Shown here: piece by piece, positions 62,041-64,000 of the stretch
Position numbering within the stretch: the first letter of the stretch is position 1
How the letters are laid out: every line of letters starts with the position of its first letter
Assembly: GCA_035221665.1 (NCBI GenBank)
Contig: CM069165.1
Span: 20,088,001 to 20,152,000 of the forward strand
Direction: 5' to 3'
From: Okamejei kenojei
Taxonomy: Eukaryota
DNA: 64,000 nucleotides
Program-made: the position numbers and the translations under genes
Notes under the pieces: generated by a model
Told to the model about the DNA's origin: nothing
Database searches by the model: none
Seen by the model: the letters and a program-made list of their open reading frames with translations, nothing else

Positions 62041-63483
62041 CTTCTTCGGCTTCATATTTCTCTCCTTACATCCCTGGGGCCCTAAAATCTGTTCGCTCTC
62101 ACATTTTTATCAACTCCATTTTGATGCCTACTTTATTTAAGGCTAATTTATTGTAGCTATTTAACCAACTAGCGTGTCTTTGGGATAGGGGAGAAAACCT
62201 GAGCACATGATCAGGTAAGGAGCATGCAAACTCTACACTGACAGTACTCAAGACAGTACATTGGAACTGTGGGCAGTAGAGCCAGCGTTCCTTCCTATAT
62301 AAAAGAGGCTGTTCTCATGTAAAATGGGCACAATGACCATCCTCAATATTCCTGACGAAGCTGATCTGCCTTTTCAAAGCACAGGGGTTCATCTGGAAAA
62401 GTTACATCCTCAGTGTTATAAAATAGGGAATTCTAGCATTTTGACCCAGCAACAGTGATAGGGCGAGATGTATCCAAGTTACGATGGCATCCGGGAGAAG
62501 GAAACTTGACGATGTTGGTTTGTTCCATCAGCCTTCGGATGCTTTCCTTGCTGGTGAGGGACATCATGGGTTTGGAGGCACTGTTAGAGAACACTCCAGT
62601 GTTGCTGCAGAGAATCTTTTAGATGTATCTTCTTATCGCCAGAGCAGTCAAGCTGTGAGATGGTGCGTTTCACCGATCGATGGTCAAAAGGCCACGTCTT
62701 CTCCCATTTGCTCAAGCCATAAGGAAACTACTTGCTCCTCTGCTGGGGCTGCCAATCCTGACTGCAGTGCCACTTGGGAAAAGGGAATGATAATCTGCAA
62801 CCATGGACAGCTGTAACCAATTAGAAATAAATTGAATCCAGAAGCTAACTCTTCCAATTCAACATTTCACAGACATGGCAGTGAGGTGCAGGATTTCCTC
62901 AACATTACCTCTGACCTTTGTCATGCCTGACCTAAAAATGATGCTCAGGAAGGTCAAACAGTTTTCTAAAAAGGCCCCAAACACAAGAAAGATAGAGACA
63001 TATAAAACAATTAACATAAATTTCCATTCATACTTTATCAGGCTTTCTTCATGTGAACTAAAGTCACTAACAAGAGCACAGTGCACTTCAAAATTGCGTG
63101 ATCCATCAGAAATGGCTTCAACCGTTCAAATGATTGAACAGTGGAAATAGCAACTGAAAATAAGATTAAAATCTGCAAGACCTGACAGGGCAGTGTAAAT
63201 CGATCCAAGTAAGGCAGAAAGCTCTTTTTCCTCCTTTAATGTAGCACTGTGGTGCAGATGATAGAACTGCTGCCTTACATTGCCAGATACCTAGGTCCGA
63301 TCCTGAACTATTTCCTTGGACTAAGAAATCACCTTGTGAATCATCTCTGTGCTTTCCTGTACCTCAAAATCCTATAAATGGCAAAGAACCCAAAGAGAAC
63401 ACCCATGCTGGTTTTACATCCATTTTAGATAAGAGCATTAAGATGTGTGGAACAGAGATGGTAGGTGAGGTGCATGATGACTA

Positions 63484-63610
63484 TGTGTAGCAAAGAACAG
63501 CAGATGCTGGTTTAAATCAAACTAGACACAAAATGCTGGAGTAACTCAGTGGGACAGGCAGCATCTCTGGCGAGAAGGAAAGGAGGATGTTTCGGATCGA
63601 GACCCTTCAA
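63484..63610 (-). mobile_element. Penelope pseudo-LTR single arm
   Basis: Same family consensus as 37031-37158 and 53955-54050. Confidence 0.7.
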
Positions 63611-63699
63611 AAGCTCATCTAATTATTTCTCAAATATTGTGAGAGTACCTGCCTCAGCTTGTGTATTCCAGGTTCTACCCACACACACTGGTTAAATAA

Positions 63700-64000
63700 A
63701 TTCTTCCTCTAAACTTTCTCCCCTTAATCTAAACCTATACATTTAGCTTTGGATACTTTTGCCATGGGGAAAGGTTTCCTCCCACCTATCCTATTGATGC
63801 TCCTCATTTTCATACCTCTATCAAGTCCATTCTTCGCCTCCTCACTCCTCGGAAAACAAATTCCAATCTAGTCTCTCTTCATACCAAACGCTTCCAATGT
63901 TGGGGGAGTCCAGAACCAGGAGCCACAGTCTCTAAGAAGAAAGGGGAGGCCATTTAAGACAGATGAGAAAAAACTTTCTCACCCAGAGAGTTATAAATTT
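63700..64000. mobile_element. Opposed CR1-type fragments (minus ~63700-63890, plus ~63900-64000)
   Basis: Plus strand GESRTRSHSL...FFTQRV-like motif; minus strand DLIEV*KMRSINRI. Confidence 0.55.

Overview
Eukaryotic vertebrate genomic DNA with three N gaps; the repeat content points to a cartilaginous fish, probably a skate or ray (inference). The one intact protein-coding gene is Pitx3 (+), with three coding exons at 10762-10888, 17720-17925 and 20101-20664 encoding 298 aa (K50 paired-like homeodomain plus OAR motif). The first coding exon is absent from the ORF track. A CpG-island promoter and first exon on the minus strand at ~2.55-3.1 kb points away from Pitx3 and is likely GBF1 by vertebrate synteny. 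The rest is a repeat-rich gene desert containing CR1, Rex1/Babar, RTE and Penelope-like (GIY-YIG) fragments, tRNA-derived SINEs, Harbinger-type MITEs and a processed DDA1 pseudogene (61832-62040, minus). Three signals stand out. (1) A ~138-bp TSD-flanked retroelement, present twice (34876, 53696), whose first 54 nt fold into a minimal HDV-like self-cleaving ribozyme starting exactly at the insertion boundary. (2) About 30 Penelope pseudo-LTR-derived, often foldback elements carrying minimal hammerhead ribozyme motifs. (3) One such foldback element that captured nearby unique Pitx3 upstream sequence and was later copied in inverted orientation 17 kb away, bracketing the Pitx3 CDS. All alignments and folds were done by eye and repeat boundaries are approximate.
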